Notes: generated by a model from the sequence alone, not told the origin. A stretch of DNA of 64,000 nucleotides from Octopus sinensis (GCF_006345805.1 NC_043002.1:119474001-119538000); one strand, 5' to 3'; counted from the stretch's first letter, positions 1-12,570 are shown. Translations and numbers: made by a program.

Positions 1-245
1 TGGTGGTATCGATGTCAAATATGGTTTCCTATTCCACTTTTTTCTTTAATTTTCGGGTTTTTGTTGGTTTGATAGTCTTGTCAAACTTAAGCTTTTTTAA
101 ACATTCTGTCAGACCTAAGTAACTGAATTTGGTGTTGAATATGCCCTTGCCAAGTAGGCTTTTTGTGGGAATGTTGTCGTTTTCTAATCTTTTCACCACA
201 TAGAATCGTTGAGATTTTCGCGGGTGCATAGTACAGGTGGTTGAG
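1..245 (-). mobile_element. Degraded N-terminal remnant of an R4/Dong-like (RLE) non-LTR retrotransposon
   Basis: A minus frame reads KKPTWQGHIQHQIQLLRSD...KTRKLKKK. This resembles the KxPxWxxRIxxQIxxLRxD region upstream of the RT in R4-clade ORFs. Broken by stops. Confidence 0.45.
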
Positions 246-270
246 ATCTGTAATAATATATATATATATA

Positions 271-437
271 GGCGCAGGAGTGGCTGTTTGGTAAGTAGCT
301 TGCTAACCAACCACATGGTTCCGGGTTCAGTCCCACTGCGTGGCATCTTGGGCAAGTGTCTTCTGCTATAGCCCCGGGCTGACCAATGCCTTGTGAGTGG
401 ATTTGGTAGACGGAAACTGAAAGAAGCCTGTCGTGTA

Positions 438-505
<68 letters not shown>

Positions 506-726
506 TGTGTGTATATGTTTGTGTGTCTGTGTTTTTCCCCCTAGCATTGCTTGACAACCGATGTTGGTGTGTTTACATCCCCATCACTTAGCGGTTCGGC
601 AAAAGAGACTGATAGAATAAATACTGGGCTTACAAAGAATAAGTCCCGGAGTCGATTTGCTCGACTAAAGGCGGTGCTCCAGCATGGCCGCAGTCAAATG
701 ACTGAAACAAGTAAAAGAGTAAAAGA

Positions 727-727
<1 letters not shown>
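271..727 (+). mobile_element. tRNA-derived SINE family A with internal (TA)n
   Basis: A-box-like TGGCTGTTTGG, B-box-like GGTTCAGTCCC and CORE-like CTTGGGCAAGTG. Homologous to 5812-6217(-), 46817-47078 and 59590-59760. Confidence 0.85.
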
Positions 728-786
<59 letters not shown>

Positions 787-1429
787 TATATACATTCATG
801 CATACATACATGCATATGTATATTGGTAAATATACAAATACACATACGTATATATGTACACGTACATATAGATATACGCTGATAAATGAATATACATAAC
901 TGCACATATATATGCATGCGTTTGATTGTGTAGCTGTATAGCAATTAGTTAAAATATAACTGTGGGTTTCCGTTATCCGTGCTGTATGTGTGTTTATAGA
1001 ATTCCACTTGGAAACATTCATGGAAGCAAAAGAAAATATATATTGCCAGCTAAAATAATGTTTGTAAACTGTGTATTTGACGATTAATTTCATAGTTTTA
1101 CATTCTACTTTTGATTTTGTATTTAATATCGATTATTGTAATATTGTACGTGATGTCTTTCGACAAATCCTACAATTGTATATATTTAGATATTCACCAT
1201 CTCTTATATTTTTTCTTTACTCGCACTCAACACACGCGCTGGCAGACACACACACACAATTCGATTTTGCAAATGTTGTTATTTGGGTAATTGTTTGTGG
1301 GCTACAAGTAACCACTATCACCACATAAAAATTCAATGATAAATTCGGTTTCAGTATCACATGCAACAACAACAAAAACAACAACAACAACAACACCAGC
1401 AGCAGCAACAACAACAACATCAATCCTTT

Positions 1430-1643
1430 CAGGTACAAAGGCTGATATTTGAGGGAAGGTGGTAAGCTCGCAAAGCCGATTACATCGACCTCAGTACTCA
1501 ACTGGTACTCACTTTTATCGACCCCGAAAGAAGGAAAGGTCAATTCGACCTCAGCTGATTTTGAACCCAGAACTTAAAGACGGACAAAACGTCGCTAAGC
1601 ATGTTGCCTGGCTTGCTAACGATTTTGACAGCTTCGCACCTTA

Positions 1644-1644
<1 letters not shown>
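1430..1644 (-). mobile_element. SINE family C copy (diverged)
   Basis: Matches the family C head (GGCGAGCTGGCAGAATCGTTAGC...GAGTTCAAATTCC) and its central motif GGTCGACTTTGCCTTTCATCCTTTCGGGGTCGATAAA..AGTACCAG. Confidence 0.7.
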
Positions 1645-1674
<30 letters not shown>

Positions 1675-1694
1675 GCAAAATCAACAACAACAAT

Positions 1695-2135
1695 ATCTTG
1701 GTATAAAAGAAAGGCTACAGCAAATATTCTGCTCAATACCACAGATTTGCTTGTCAGTTGTTTGACCTTAACCAGTTGAGCATGTCTCTTAGTGGCCGAC
1801 GATATGTGCATCTCTGATCACGAGCAGAAGTAGTGGGGGAGCATCGTAGCCATGTGTTGAGAGGGATTCTTTGGGGTTTGAATAATTCACCTCTGGAAAC
1901 ATAGGTGTTTTATTCAACATCCTTAAACAATACTTATTCAGGGACCTTTGAGCGGGATGGGCTACTCGACCTGAATAAAATTCTAACTGGACCCCACCTG
2001 CAAGGTCATGTGCTGTTTATCTTGATATGAGACCACCATGTTGCGTACATATGGTTGTGATGCATGATGGGTATACTGGGCTTCGTATATTTTTTCCTCA
2101 GTGTCACTTTGATAGCATGCAATTCTCTCTAACTC
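1695..2135 (-). repeat. Interspersed repeat family D, unclassified, next to (TAA)n
   Basis: Homologous to 53168-53350(+) (GAGAG..GCATGC.ATCAAAGTGACACTG...CTCATATCAAGATAAACAGCACA) and to a 22-bp start at 58846. Confidence 0.55.
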
Positions 2136-2154
2136 AGTAATAATAATAATAATG

Positions 2155-2239
<85 letters not shown>

Positions 2240-2243
<4 letters not shown>

Positions 2244-2326
2244 TATTCAGACAAATACATAACAAAAACACCAGGACTTACAAACACATATAACATACAG
2301 AAAATTGCACTACTTGTACTACACTC
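2240..2326 (+). mobile_element. Short C-terminal remnant of an R4/Dong-like LINE
   Basis: Reads KYSDKYITKTPGLTNTYNIQKIALLV, matching the RLE C-terminal IQKIALLGTAHILR motif seen at 41472-41535. Follows a (TAA)n tract. Confidence 0.55.
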
Positions 2327-3592
2327 CGTGTAGGCCGACATTGCCCTCCTGACTCCATTTTCGGAAGTGAGGCCTCTTAACTGTTCCAACTTCCGCAGCA
2401 GTGGTTCGAGAGTCAGCATGTACAGAAGAGGTGAAAGCGGGAAGCCCTGAGGGACGGAACCTGCTATACTAAACAGTTTCGATAAGTGGTCCAGCCTCTG
2501 AAAATGCGACCGAAACCGACCGCTTTAAGGACGGCTTCCAAGTAGCGATGGCCGACCCTATCGAAAGCTTTCAACTGATCTAAATTGATCAGGGCCTAAA
2601 TTGATCCCAGCCCTCACTACGATGTATTGCATAAGGTGGAAATTTTCATGGATTGACCTTCTCGGGATTCCGCATGTTTGTGCCTCCCAGACTAGACTAC
2701 CGAAGACAGATGCCAACCTTTTCACCAAGACGTTGGCCAAAATCTTAATCTTAGCAGAGTTATGGGCCGAAAATTCCCTAGTACGTCCCAAGTGTCGGCG
2801 TCCTTTCTCAGCGGTGTTACCTCACCCCGACTAACAGCACTAGAAATTCTCCCGTTCTGTTGCCAGTTACTGTAGACGTCTGCCAAGAGGTTGCCAAACA
2901 AATCTGACATGAATACATAGAATTCGTCGGGCAGACTATCCAAACAGGGCGATTTGGGACTTGTGCAATCGCTCAGCGTCTCCCGTATTTCAGTGGTTGT
3001 AATCAGCTTTTTGCAGAATCTCGCGTCCGTTATCAAGAGCCGTGGGAGGCCGTTCAGGTACGAAGTATAACCCGCTACTGTCGTCGAACTATCACATTCC
3101 CCAAACAGCCACGCAAAGTGTTACTGGCAAGCTACTCACATCTGTTCAGAACCGAGTATACACGCCCGTCCTGATCCTTCAAAGACTTGATCGTGGTTTT
3201 GTTTCTTACGTCGCTTCTCTACCACTTGAGCCTATCAGACGGCTTTAGTTACTTCGCGTTTTAGCGCACGGGCCTTAGCTCAGATAACGTGCCCATTGTT
3301 CTTCGCCCCAAAGAAACGGTCAAGGGCCTTTCTCGCCGCAAACAGATTGGTCGCGATGCCTTCACTCATAACCTCTTCTAGCTTGCTTACTAGTTCTTCC
3401 TCTAATCTCTTTCTTTCTATTGCTAAATATTTACTAAATGCTATCGATTCTACTCTAATCGCTCTCTTCGGAGCGATCCACCACCGGTTGTTGACAATTG
3501 CCCCCGTCAACTGCCGCTTAACTAGTTCACTAACCCAATCCCTGTAGTCTTTGCGAGCCGGTAAGGACGCATTCAACGTCTTTTGAGAGCAT
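2327..3592 (-). mobile_element. Tx1/L1-clade LINE reverse-transcriptase pseudogene fragment
   Basis: Frameshifted ORFs give KSPCLDSLPDEFY...GNFRPITLL, KILANVLVKRLA..EAQTCGIPRRSIHEN and LTLEPLLRKLE...MSAY. These are RT domains 0-4 with an L1/Tx1 signature. Confidence 0.8.
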
Positions 3593-3902
3593 ATCTAACC
3601 CCATCTGTATTCTTCTTTTCCACTATGGATCTTTTCTTTTGTCACCCCCATTATATATTTTTTGTTTTTTGACATCGACACACACATTTTCTGCCACAAC
3701 AATACTTGCTGCCTTGATCAAATTGTTTGTTTCTCTGATGTTTTATGTTCTGATGTATTTCAGAATTTCATTCATAGTTTTCGTTTCTTTGTTCAATTTC
3801 CACCAATCAACCTTTTTAAGGTTGCAAATAATGTCGCTATCGCTCTCTTGTAGCTTTGCCTTTATTCTGTCGTAGATTGCCCTTTGCCCATCTGTCATGT
3901 CA
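3593..3902 (-). mobile_element. R4/Dong-like LINE N-terminal fragment
   Basis: Minus strand reads NEILKYIRT*NIRETNNLIKAASIVVAENV...KDP*WKRRIQ, typical of the region upstream of RT in R4-clade elements. Confidence 0.55.
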
Positions 3903-4030
3903 CCATGTACCTCTCAAGATTTTGACTCACTGTTCCCAGGGCTCCGACAATGATTGGTACTACTATCACCTTTTTATCGACCACAACCGCTTAACCTCCC
4001 AAGCTAACCTGTCATATCTATCGACTTTTC

Positions 4031-5331
4031 CCAAGTCAGTTCCCTCGTTGATACCGTATATACTTTCAGTGCTGATATCAGGATGAATTTCGGACTGAAA
4101 AAGTGTAGTGCATTAGTCTTGAAGAAAGACAAACTCAAATGTATGGACGGGCTAGCGATACCGTCGGGGTAGATTATAAAGCAGATAGAATAGACGGGCT
4201 ATAAGTACTTGGGGATATTGGAAATGGAGAAAGAAATGACAAAAAAAGTTCAGGTGGAGTACTTGTGCAGACTGAGAGTGATCCTTAAATCGAAATTAAA
4301 GGGACGGAATAAGATTGCAGCTGTCAACACCCGGGCGGTTTCACTACTAATATATGGAGCAGGGGTAATCGCATGGACAATAGGCGAATTAAGCAGCTTA
4401 GACAGAAAGACAAAGAAGTTGCTAACTCTATATGGGTCACTTCACCAAAAGCGAGTCACAGACAGACTGTATGTACTAAGATAAAGAAGGGGAAGAGGAC
4501 TGATTGGATGTGAACACAGCATTAGAGCAGAAGAAACCAACATAGCATTGTATGTAAAAAATGCCACAGTACCATTATTATTGAAAATAAGTATGCCAGG
4601 CTTGTGTACGATGGAAAATGGCAAAGATAAAGCACCGTACAAGGACTTGAGGATGAATGAAATTGAAAATAGGTGGATAAAGAAAATAATGCATGAACAA
4701 TTTCATAGGGATGTTGAAGATAAGATAGATAGAGCAAAAAGATGGCTACGGATGACTTAAAGTGATTTAAAACAGGAAACCGAGGCTCTAATCCGTGCAA
4801 GCATTAAGAACCAATTACATCAAATACAGAACACATCAGAAAGTAATAAGTGCAGAATTTGTGGATAAAACGGTGAAACCGTATGGAATATCAGCAGTCA
4901 ATGTAGGTCACTAGCCCAGAAGGAATATAAGAGACCGTATCACAATATAGCACGGATTGTTCATTGGACACTTTGCAACATGTATGGACTTGACAGAGCC
5001 AAAAAGTGGTACGAACATAAACCCGAAGGCATCATCGAAAATGATAATGCAAAGACCCTATGGGATTTTATGATTCAGTGCGACCATGAGAAAAATAGGA
5101 AAATAGGAAACCAGGCATAGTGTTAATTGAGAAAGAAAGCTGACGATTCTGGACCATAAATATAGCATGTCCAGCTAACAACAACGTATGGGATAAGGAA
5201 GAAAGAAAAGTCGATAGATATGACAGGTTAGCTTGGGAGGTTAAGCGGTTGTGGTCGATAAAAAGGCGATAGTAGTACCAATCATTGTCGGAGCCCTGCG
5301 AACAGTGAGTCAAAATCTTGAGAGGTACATG
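4031..5331 (+). mobile_element. R4/Dong-like LINE pseudogene (RT C-terminus, CCHC knuckle, restriction-like endonuclease)
   Basis: MNFGLKKC, YKYLGILE, EYLCRLRVILKSKLKGRNKIAAVNT, DRLYVLR.RGRGL, KCRICG..ETVWNISSQC and NIACP...KVDRYDRLAWEVKRLW..VVPIIVGAL. Multiple stops. Confidence 0.9.
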
Positions 5332-5456
5332 GATGGTGCGCGAAAAGTAAGGGTGTTACCTTAGCTCACTGGCAGTGAACATCTGGCACCGTAGTTCTTC
5401 TCCAGCGTTAGAAGCTGTGTAAAGACAATAAATAAATAAATAAATAATGATGATGA

Positions 5457-5517
<61 letters not shown>

Positions 5518-5522
5518 ACTGA

Positions 5523-5587
<65 letters not shown>

Positions 5588-5604
5588 ATAATAATAATAA
5601 TTTG

Positions 5605-5785
5605 GCACAAAACCAGCAATTTCAGTGCAGTGGGTGAGTCGATTACATTGACCACAGTGATAAGCTGGTACCTATTTTATCGACGCCGATGATGAAAGAC
5701 AAAGTCGATCACGGCAGAATTTGAACTCAGAAAGTATAAACGCACGATTTACCACAACGCATTTCTGCCCTGCTCGCTGCCTTAC
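5605..5785 (-). mobile_element. SINE family C copy (diverged)
   Basis: Central motif and head match family C. Adjacent to an (ACT)n/(AAT)n tract. Confidence 0.65.
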
Positions 5786-5811
5786 GACCTCTTGTCACAT
5801 TTTTTAAAACT

Positions 5812-6217
5812 CTCTTTTACTTGTTTCAGTCATTTGACTGCGGCCATGCTGGAGCATCGCCTTTAGTCGAGCAAATCGACCCCGGGACTTATTCTTTGTA
5901 AGCCCAGTACTTATTCTATCGGTCTCTTTTGCCGAACCGCTAGGTGACGGGGACGTAAACACACCAGCATTGGTTGTCAAGCAATGCTAGGGGGACAAAC
6001 ACAGACACACAAACATATACACACACGCTTATATATATATATATACATATATACGACGGGCTTCTTTCAGTTTCCGTCTACCAAATCCACTCACAAGGCA
6101 TTGGTCAGCCCGGGGCTATAGCAGAAGACACTTGCCCAAGATGCCACGCAGTGGGACTGAACCCGGAACCATGTGGTTGGTTAGCAAGCTACTTACCACA
6201 CAGCCACTCCTGCGCCT
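5812..6217 (-). mobile_element. SINE family A, full-length
   Basis: High-identity reverse-complement match to 271-727 along its length, with a shorter internal (TA)n. Confidence 0.85.
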
Positions 6218-6450
6218 ATTGGTTTAAAAGTTTGGCAGAGGGCCAGCAATTTCGGGGATGTAGTTTAGTTTATTACATCGATCACGGGGTTGAACTGGTG
6301 ATATTTTATCAACCTGAAAAAAAAAAAAAAAAATAGAAATGAATGGCGAAAACTGACCTCGGTAAGATTTGAACCCATAACGTAAAGCCGCAGAAAATGT
6401 CGTGAAGCATTTTAGCCGGCCTGCCAACGATTCTGCCAGGTTACTGCCGT
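6218..6450 (-). mobile_element. SINE family C copy (diverged)
   Basis: GACCTCGGTAAGATTTGAACCCA...AAGCATTTAGCCGGCCTGCCAACGATTCTGCCAG is the reverse complement of the family C head. Confidence 0.6.
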
Positions 6451-6984
6451 AGAAACCCACCACTTATTACGAACTAGTAGGGAAAGCTGGTACACTGTAA
6501 TCTTTAAAGTCCTGTCGAACCCGTAAATAACAGAATAAGTATCCTTTCCTGTTCCCGAGAGATCAACGAGATTTTCCCGTTTTCTTTTCTTACTTGACCC
6601 CTCAGCTTTCTCTTCCATTAAAATACAACAAATTTTTGATTCATTTAATTCTCTGACTCCAATTATCTTCATTTCAAATTAAATAGATTCCTGTTCTCCT
6701 ATTCTTCAGCACACATCAGATTTATTCATAATTAATAGTAACAAGTGACAAATAATACCCCACATACCTCATCAATTCGATTTTTTATGAGCCCCGTTGT
6801 TCTTCATTAGAACTACAAAATTTTGTATTTATCCATTTTTTCCATAGTGAAAAATGGGGGGTAAGTTTAGCTGTACGAAATCTAGGTCTCTTTTAATAAG
6901 GGAAAGAGAGAGAGAGAGAGAGAGAAAAAAAGAGAGAGCACAAAATTAGAGATGAATAGACAGAGAGAAAACGATCTTTTGCAA

Positions 6985-7372
6985 TGGATGGAAGCACTCC
7001 GTCGGTTCCGACGACGAGGGTTCCGGTTGATCCGAATCAATGGAACAGCCTGCTCGTGAAATTAACGTGTAAGTGGCTGAGCACTCCACAGACACGTGCA
7101 CCCTTAACGTAGTTCTCGGGGATATTCAGCGTGACACAGAGAGTGACAAGGCCGGCCCTTTGAAATACAGGTACAACAGAAACAGGAAGTAAGAGTGAGA
7201 GAAAGTTGTGGTGAAAGAGTACAGCAGGGATCACCACCATCCCCTGCCGGAGCCTCGTGGAGCTTTTAGGTGTTTTCACTCAATAAACACTCACAACGCC
7301 CGGTCTGGGAATCGAAACCGCGATCCTATGACCGCGTGTCCGCTGCCCTAACTACTGAGCCATTGCGCCTCC
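6985..7372 (-). mobile_element. tRNA-derived SINE family B1 with 10-bp TSD
   Basis: Head GGAGGCGCAATGGC.CAGT.GTTAGGG...GGTTTCGATTCCC. TSD TCTTTTGCAA at 6975-6984 and 7373-7382. Confidence 0.9.
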
Positions 7373-8280
7373 TCTTTTGCAAAACTCCTCAAGAAAACAT
7401 ATAAAGGAAATGAAACAATATTTATATTTTCCAATCCTGATCTACAGTAATTTTTCTATGTGTCTTGTTATGGCTTCTCGATTTAGCTTTGAAACCAGTC
7501 TTTGAGCTGGGTTTATTTCGTATTTTTTTTTATTGATGCCTTTGAAATTTCTCTTTCTGTTACTAACCGTTCGACAATATTAGCCCGATGGCATCAGTGG
7601 AAATAAATGAAAGTTTACCGCTTTATTTGTAGGTTTATATTAGTAGATTTATATTTTAAAGTAAAAATTATGACAAGTTGGGGTTTTAGAAGAAAGAGAA
7701 CAAATATAGAACTGGATTTAATGTGTAACTATGAGTTACAATTTGATGTTTCGATCTAGAGAATGGCTTTTATATGATTAAAGTGAAATTGGTAACTTAA
7801 AAATATAAGCGTTATCAATTAAATACTTTACAGAATGACTAAAGTTAGGTTAGTTCTTTTAAAAATGTGTTGAAGCCAGAATCTCCACCAAAGCCAAAAG
7901 CAAATTTGGCATACGATTAGTACTACTTTAGCACTAAAACTCAGTCACTTTGTGGTTTTCCAAATAATCTTCTCTAGTGATCGTTGAAAATTATTTCCCC
8001 GCTTGCCAAGTCTGTATTTTTCTAATTGACGTTACTTTCAAGATAATGAATACGATGATATTGGCAAGAGAGAAATATTTGTAACTGTGAGTGTACATTC
8101 CAAAGTCTTTGCACATCTATTGCACTGACATTCTTCAATTCAGGTATCTGGAGAAAATTATTATTTGATGCTGATCAATAAATTCTGACTGAACATTTCA
8201 GAATTATTTATTTGTTATGAAATATTGATTCAACAATTCATATGAAGATAAAAGCGCGCGCACTCAAACACAAATATACA

Positions 8281-9136
8281 CTCACACACACGCTCACACA
8301 CACGCTCACACACACGCTCACACATACGCTCACACATACGCTCACACATACGCTCACACACACGCTCACACATACGCTCACACATACGCTCACACAGACG
8401 CTCACACACACGCTCACACACACGCTCACACATACGCTCACACACACGCTCACACATACGCTCACACATACGCTCACACATACGCTCACACATACGCTCA
8501 CACATACGCTCACCACACACGCTCACACACACGCTCATACACACGCTCACACACACGCTCACACACACGCTCACACACACGCTCACACATACGCTCACAC
8601 ATACGCTCACACACACGCTCACACACACGCATAACACCACGCTCACCACACACGCTCACACACACGCTCACACATACGCTCACACATACGCTCACACATA
8701 CGCTCACACATACGCTCACACATACGCTCACACCACCCGATCACACACACGCTCACACATACGCTCACACACACGCTCACACACACGCTCACACATACGC
8801 TCACACACACGCTCACACATACGCTCACACATACGCTCACACAGACGCTCACACACACGCTCACACATACGCTCACACACACGCTCACACATACGCTCAC
8901 ACATACGCTCACACACACGCTCACACACACGCTCACACACACGCTCACACACACGCTCACACATACGCTCACACACACGCTCACACACACGCTCACACAC
9001 ACGCTCACACATACGCTCACACACACGCTCACACATACGCTCACACATTCGCTCACACACACGCTCACACACACGCTCACACACACGCTCACACACACGC
9101 TCACACACTCGCTCACACACACGCTCACACATACGC
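8281..9136. repeat. 12-bp minisatellite (ACACACGCTCAC / ACATACGCTCAC variants)
   Basis: About 70 tandem 12-mers read directly. It is the source of the spurious TLTH/VSVC/CERM ORFs. Confidence 0.95.
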
Positions 9137-9869
9137 AAACTGGTAATATGCATGTGAAAAATCGAACAAGTTAAATCAATGAATTATTAGATTGAATATT
9201 TATGTTCATCATAATAGTACGATATACAGTACACGACTACTATTATGTGCACAAATATACATATATACATACATATATATATTTTGTAGAAATACACGAA
9301 TACCCAGCTATAATTACATACATAAATACGACTTTTTAGAAAACGGCAAACTAAGACTGAATAGTGAACGTGTTTACATTTTTTTGAACTGAATATTTTG
9401 TGAGTAATAAAGTCGATATAGATTGGAGTATAATAGAATATAAATCCAGATTTTTTTATTAACACCTCGGTTTAATAATCTGTATAGTATAAACCCTCTG
9501 GTGAAATATCAGTCCTGGCGTTAACCTTTCTATACATCTATGCAGTATATCTGGAATCGTTTTTACATCAGAGAAAGTATTTGTATTAAATCTTCCTTTG
9601 AACGGTACAGGTGATTCGATCACGAAATCTTTTCTTGATTACTCTGATTTTAGCACAACAATACACAGTTCTATTTTATGTTTGATACGACGATGAATGC
9701 AGATCCAAAGATTGTATAAACCAAACGTGATTGCTCTTTGTACCTGCATCTGCACAAAGTTAAAAGAGAAATAGTATGAGCTGCGTCCACACATATAGAG
9801 TCACACACGCGCCCGCGCCCGCACAGGCACACATATATGCGTACATGCACAAGTGTATTATATCAATCA

Positions 9870-9951
<82 letters not shown>

Positions 9952-9982
9952 GTACCCATCTATCTATCTATCTATCTATCTA

Positions 9983-10038
<56 letters not shown>

Positions 10039-10106
10039 AATGCATGCATATATGTGTATACGTATAATACAGGCATACATATATATATATAATATATATA
10101 TATATA

Positions 10107-10750
10107 CGTGGTCTGATCAATAAGTATCCGAACTATTGCCATAATAACGAAGCTAAAACATCCAGAGTGGAGCCGTTTGGCAAAGATTGACCTTAAACAC
10201 AGCTGCGCATTTGCACTAAGTTTTAACGCTCTAGCTCAGTGTCGCTGTTTACAGCAATGCTTGGGAGGAACGTGCGTAGCGTGTGATCGTCGTATTGACC
10301 ATAACAGAGAAAGTTGTCATAGCGACACCTACTCCGAGGCTTGCGCAAAGTTACAAAAAGTGTATGGAGAGGAGTGTATGGAGAGGAGTGTATGGAGAGG
10401 AGTGTATGGAGAGGAGTGTATGAGCCGAAGATAAGTGTTCAAATGGTGCAAACGTTTCCAAGATGGCCGAAAAAATGTCGATATTGACGAACGATCTTGA
10501 AGACCCGCAACCAGTCGATCTGAGAAATTCACCGCAGATGTGTATGCAGCTTTGAGGGGAAATTGTAGAATTACCATCCGTGAGTTATCAGAGGATGTGA
10601 AGATCAGTTACGGTTCAGTTCAGTCCCTTATCACTGACGATTTGGGTATGAGACATGTGTTTGCCAAGTTCGTGCTAAACTGCTTTCAGCTGACCAAAGA
10701 GACACTCGGGTTTCAGTCGCATAAGAACTCGATTGTATCGAGCAGGTATC
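10107..10750 (+). mobile_element. Mariner transposon 5' fragment (left TIR plus HTH region)
   Basis: Starts TA|CGTGGTCTGATCAATAAG. Translates KLQKVYGEECMSRR*VFKWCKRFQDGR...RITIRELSEDVKISYGSVQSLITDDLGMRHVFAKFV. No catalytic domain or right TIR. Confidence 0.85.
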
Positions 10751-10840
10751 GCCAAACATACGTACATACATACATACGTACGTATATACATACATACATA
10801 CATGCATGCATACATACATGCATATATATATAATTATATA

Positions 10841-11557
10841 AACATCTTCACGCAATCAAATTTAATTAAATTAAATTAAATCCGTTTACGCTTGGCTTGT
10901 CTCGTCAGCAAAGTCACCAAAATAGGAGGCAGATATATATACACGAGGCTACACCATCTAAGCCTCGGGTCTATATATCGTTAATTTTCGAATTCACCGT
11001 AATCGCGCCATCTACTCCGCAGCAAATATAAGCTGCTGATACAAATTTCAGAATTAGTCAAAAATTCATTAATCAATCAATATAAGGGTAACAAAAAGTT
11101 CAAGAAAAATTTTCTGCCACCAGCGGTCAAGTGAGAAAATAGAAATAGTCACAGACTATATAATACATTCAACAAAATATTAAGGAATGACCCTGAGAAG
11201 GTCGTTCGACTCACTTGAAAAGAGCAGCTAAAACTCAAAACCGCAAAAAATAGTAATAATTCTGAAACTAGAGGAAAATAAAAAACATTTATCCCCTTCA
11301 AACTTTGTACCCTGCAAGGTTTCAACATCTTCACGCAATCAAATTTAATTAAATTAAATTAAATCCGTTTACGCTTGGCTTGTCTCGGTTTTGAGTTTTA
11401 GCTGCTCTTTCCAAGTGAGTCGAACGACCTTCTCAGGGTCATTCCTTAATATTTTGTTGAATGTATCATATAGTCTGTGACTATTTCTATTTTCTCACTT
11501 GACCGCTGGTGGCAGAAAATTTTTCTTGAATTTTTTGTTACCCTTATATTGATTGAT
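10841..11557 (-). mobile_element. Non-coding Penelope-pLTR/retrozyme-like element: 483-bp unit with 64-bp terminal redundancy, 172-bp inverted tail and TSD
   Basis: Direct repeats at 10841-10904 and 11324-11387. Inverted arms at 11072-11243 and 11386-11557 (3 mismatches). TATATAATTATATA flanks both ends (10827-10840, 11557-11570). Confidence 0.75.
10898..11327 (-). ncRNA. Circularly permuted hammerhead ribozyme (halves at 11301-11327 and 10898-10915)
   Basis: Minus strand has TGTT-GAAA-CC-TTGCAG-GG-TA|CAAAG, and 390 nt later CTTTG-CTGACGA-GACA. Stem I is CTTTG/CAAAG, stem II GACA/TGTT, stem III ACC/GGT, cleavage triplet GUA. Confidence 0.75.
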
Positions 11558-11658
11558 ATATAATTATATATATACATATATACATATGCATACACTCACA
11601 CACATAAATACATACATACATACATATATATATATATAATATATATATATATATTATA

Positions 11659-11768
<110 letters not shown>

Positions 11769-12342
11769 ACATGTGAAAACACATGGCCTAGTGGCCATGA
11801 GGTCGTGGGTTCAATTAAAGGCCTGGTTAGCTTCATACGTTTTTGAGCAAAGAATTTCATATCGCGTTGTTCCAGTCAAGTCAAATCAAAATGAACACCA
11901 GTTGAATTCTGGTAGACTCCTCTCTCGCCGCAGTTGCTACATCCTTGATGTTCCACGCGCTCAAAAGTGAGAGAGTGAGTGAGGTGCATCTATCTTCATG
12001 CTACTCCTTAGATATCTGAAACTAACGACTGTTCTTTATGGCTAGAGAGAATAATACATCCTGGTAATGCTTAGCGGCAGATTAGTTGTCTTGAGCAAAT
12101 GAAATAGGAAATTTAAAATGTATGAATAGTTTATTGTGGTTAATGAGTTTAATGAAATCTAAGAATCATCGTTTAATAATAATAATAACGTGAGTAAGAG
12201 GCAAGTCTGTTGTCTTTCTTGTCTTAAATGGCTGCTGATATCTGTAAAAACAGTTCCCGCGCCTTAACATATACTTCAATCACACTCAACATCGATTGGT
12301 TACACAAAGGTCAAACAGACACACAAAACATCCTTACCCAAC

Positions 12343-12570
12343 CTATTTCTTTACTACCTACAAGGGGCTAAACACAGGGAGGACAAACAAAGACAGACAA
12401 ACGGATTAAGTCGATTATATCGACCCCAGTGCGTAACTGTTACTTATTTAATCGACCCCGAAAGGATGAAAGGCAAAGTCGACCTCGGCGGAATTTGAAC
12501 TCAGAACGTAAGGGCAGACGAAATACGCCTACGCATTTCGCCCGGCCTGCTAACGCTTCTGCCAGCACGC
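12343..12570 (-). mobile_element. SINE family C, near full-length
   Basis: Head, central motif and tail (TTAGCCCCTTGT) all present. Confidence 0.85.

Noticed and set aside
1695-2135. HDV-like ribozyme in family D
   Set aside because: Several hairpins are present, but I could not assign a consistent P1/P1.1/P2/P3/P4 double pseudoknot.
6985-7372. tRNA-like heads of SINE families A, B and C as tRNA genes
   Set aside because: A and B boxes are present but I could not build a full cloverleaf. Each continues into a repeat body with TSDs, so they are SINEs.
8230-9153. TLTH/VSVC/CERM repeat proteins
   Set aside because: A pure 12-bp minisatellite that is open in several frames on both strands.
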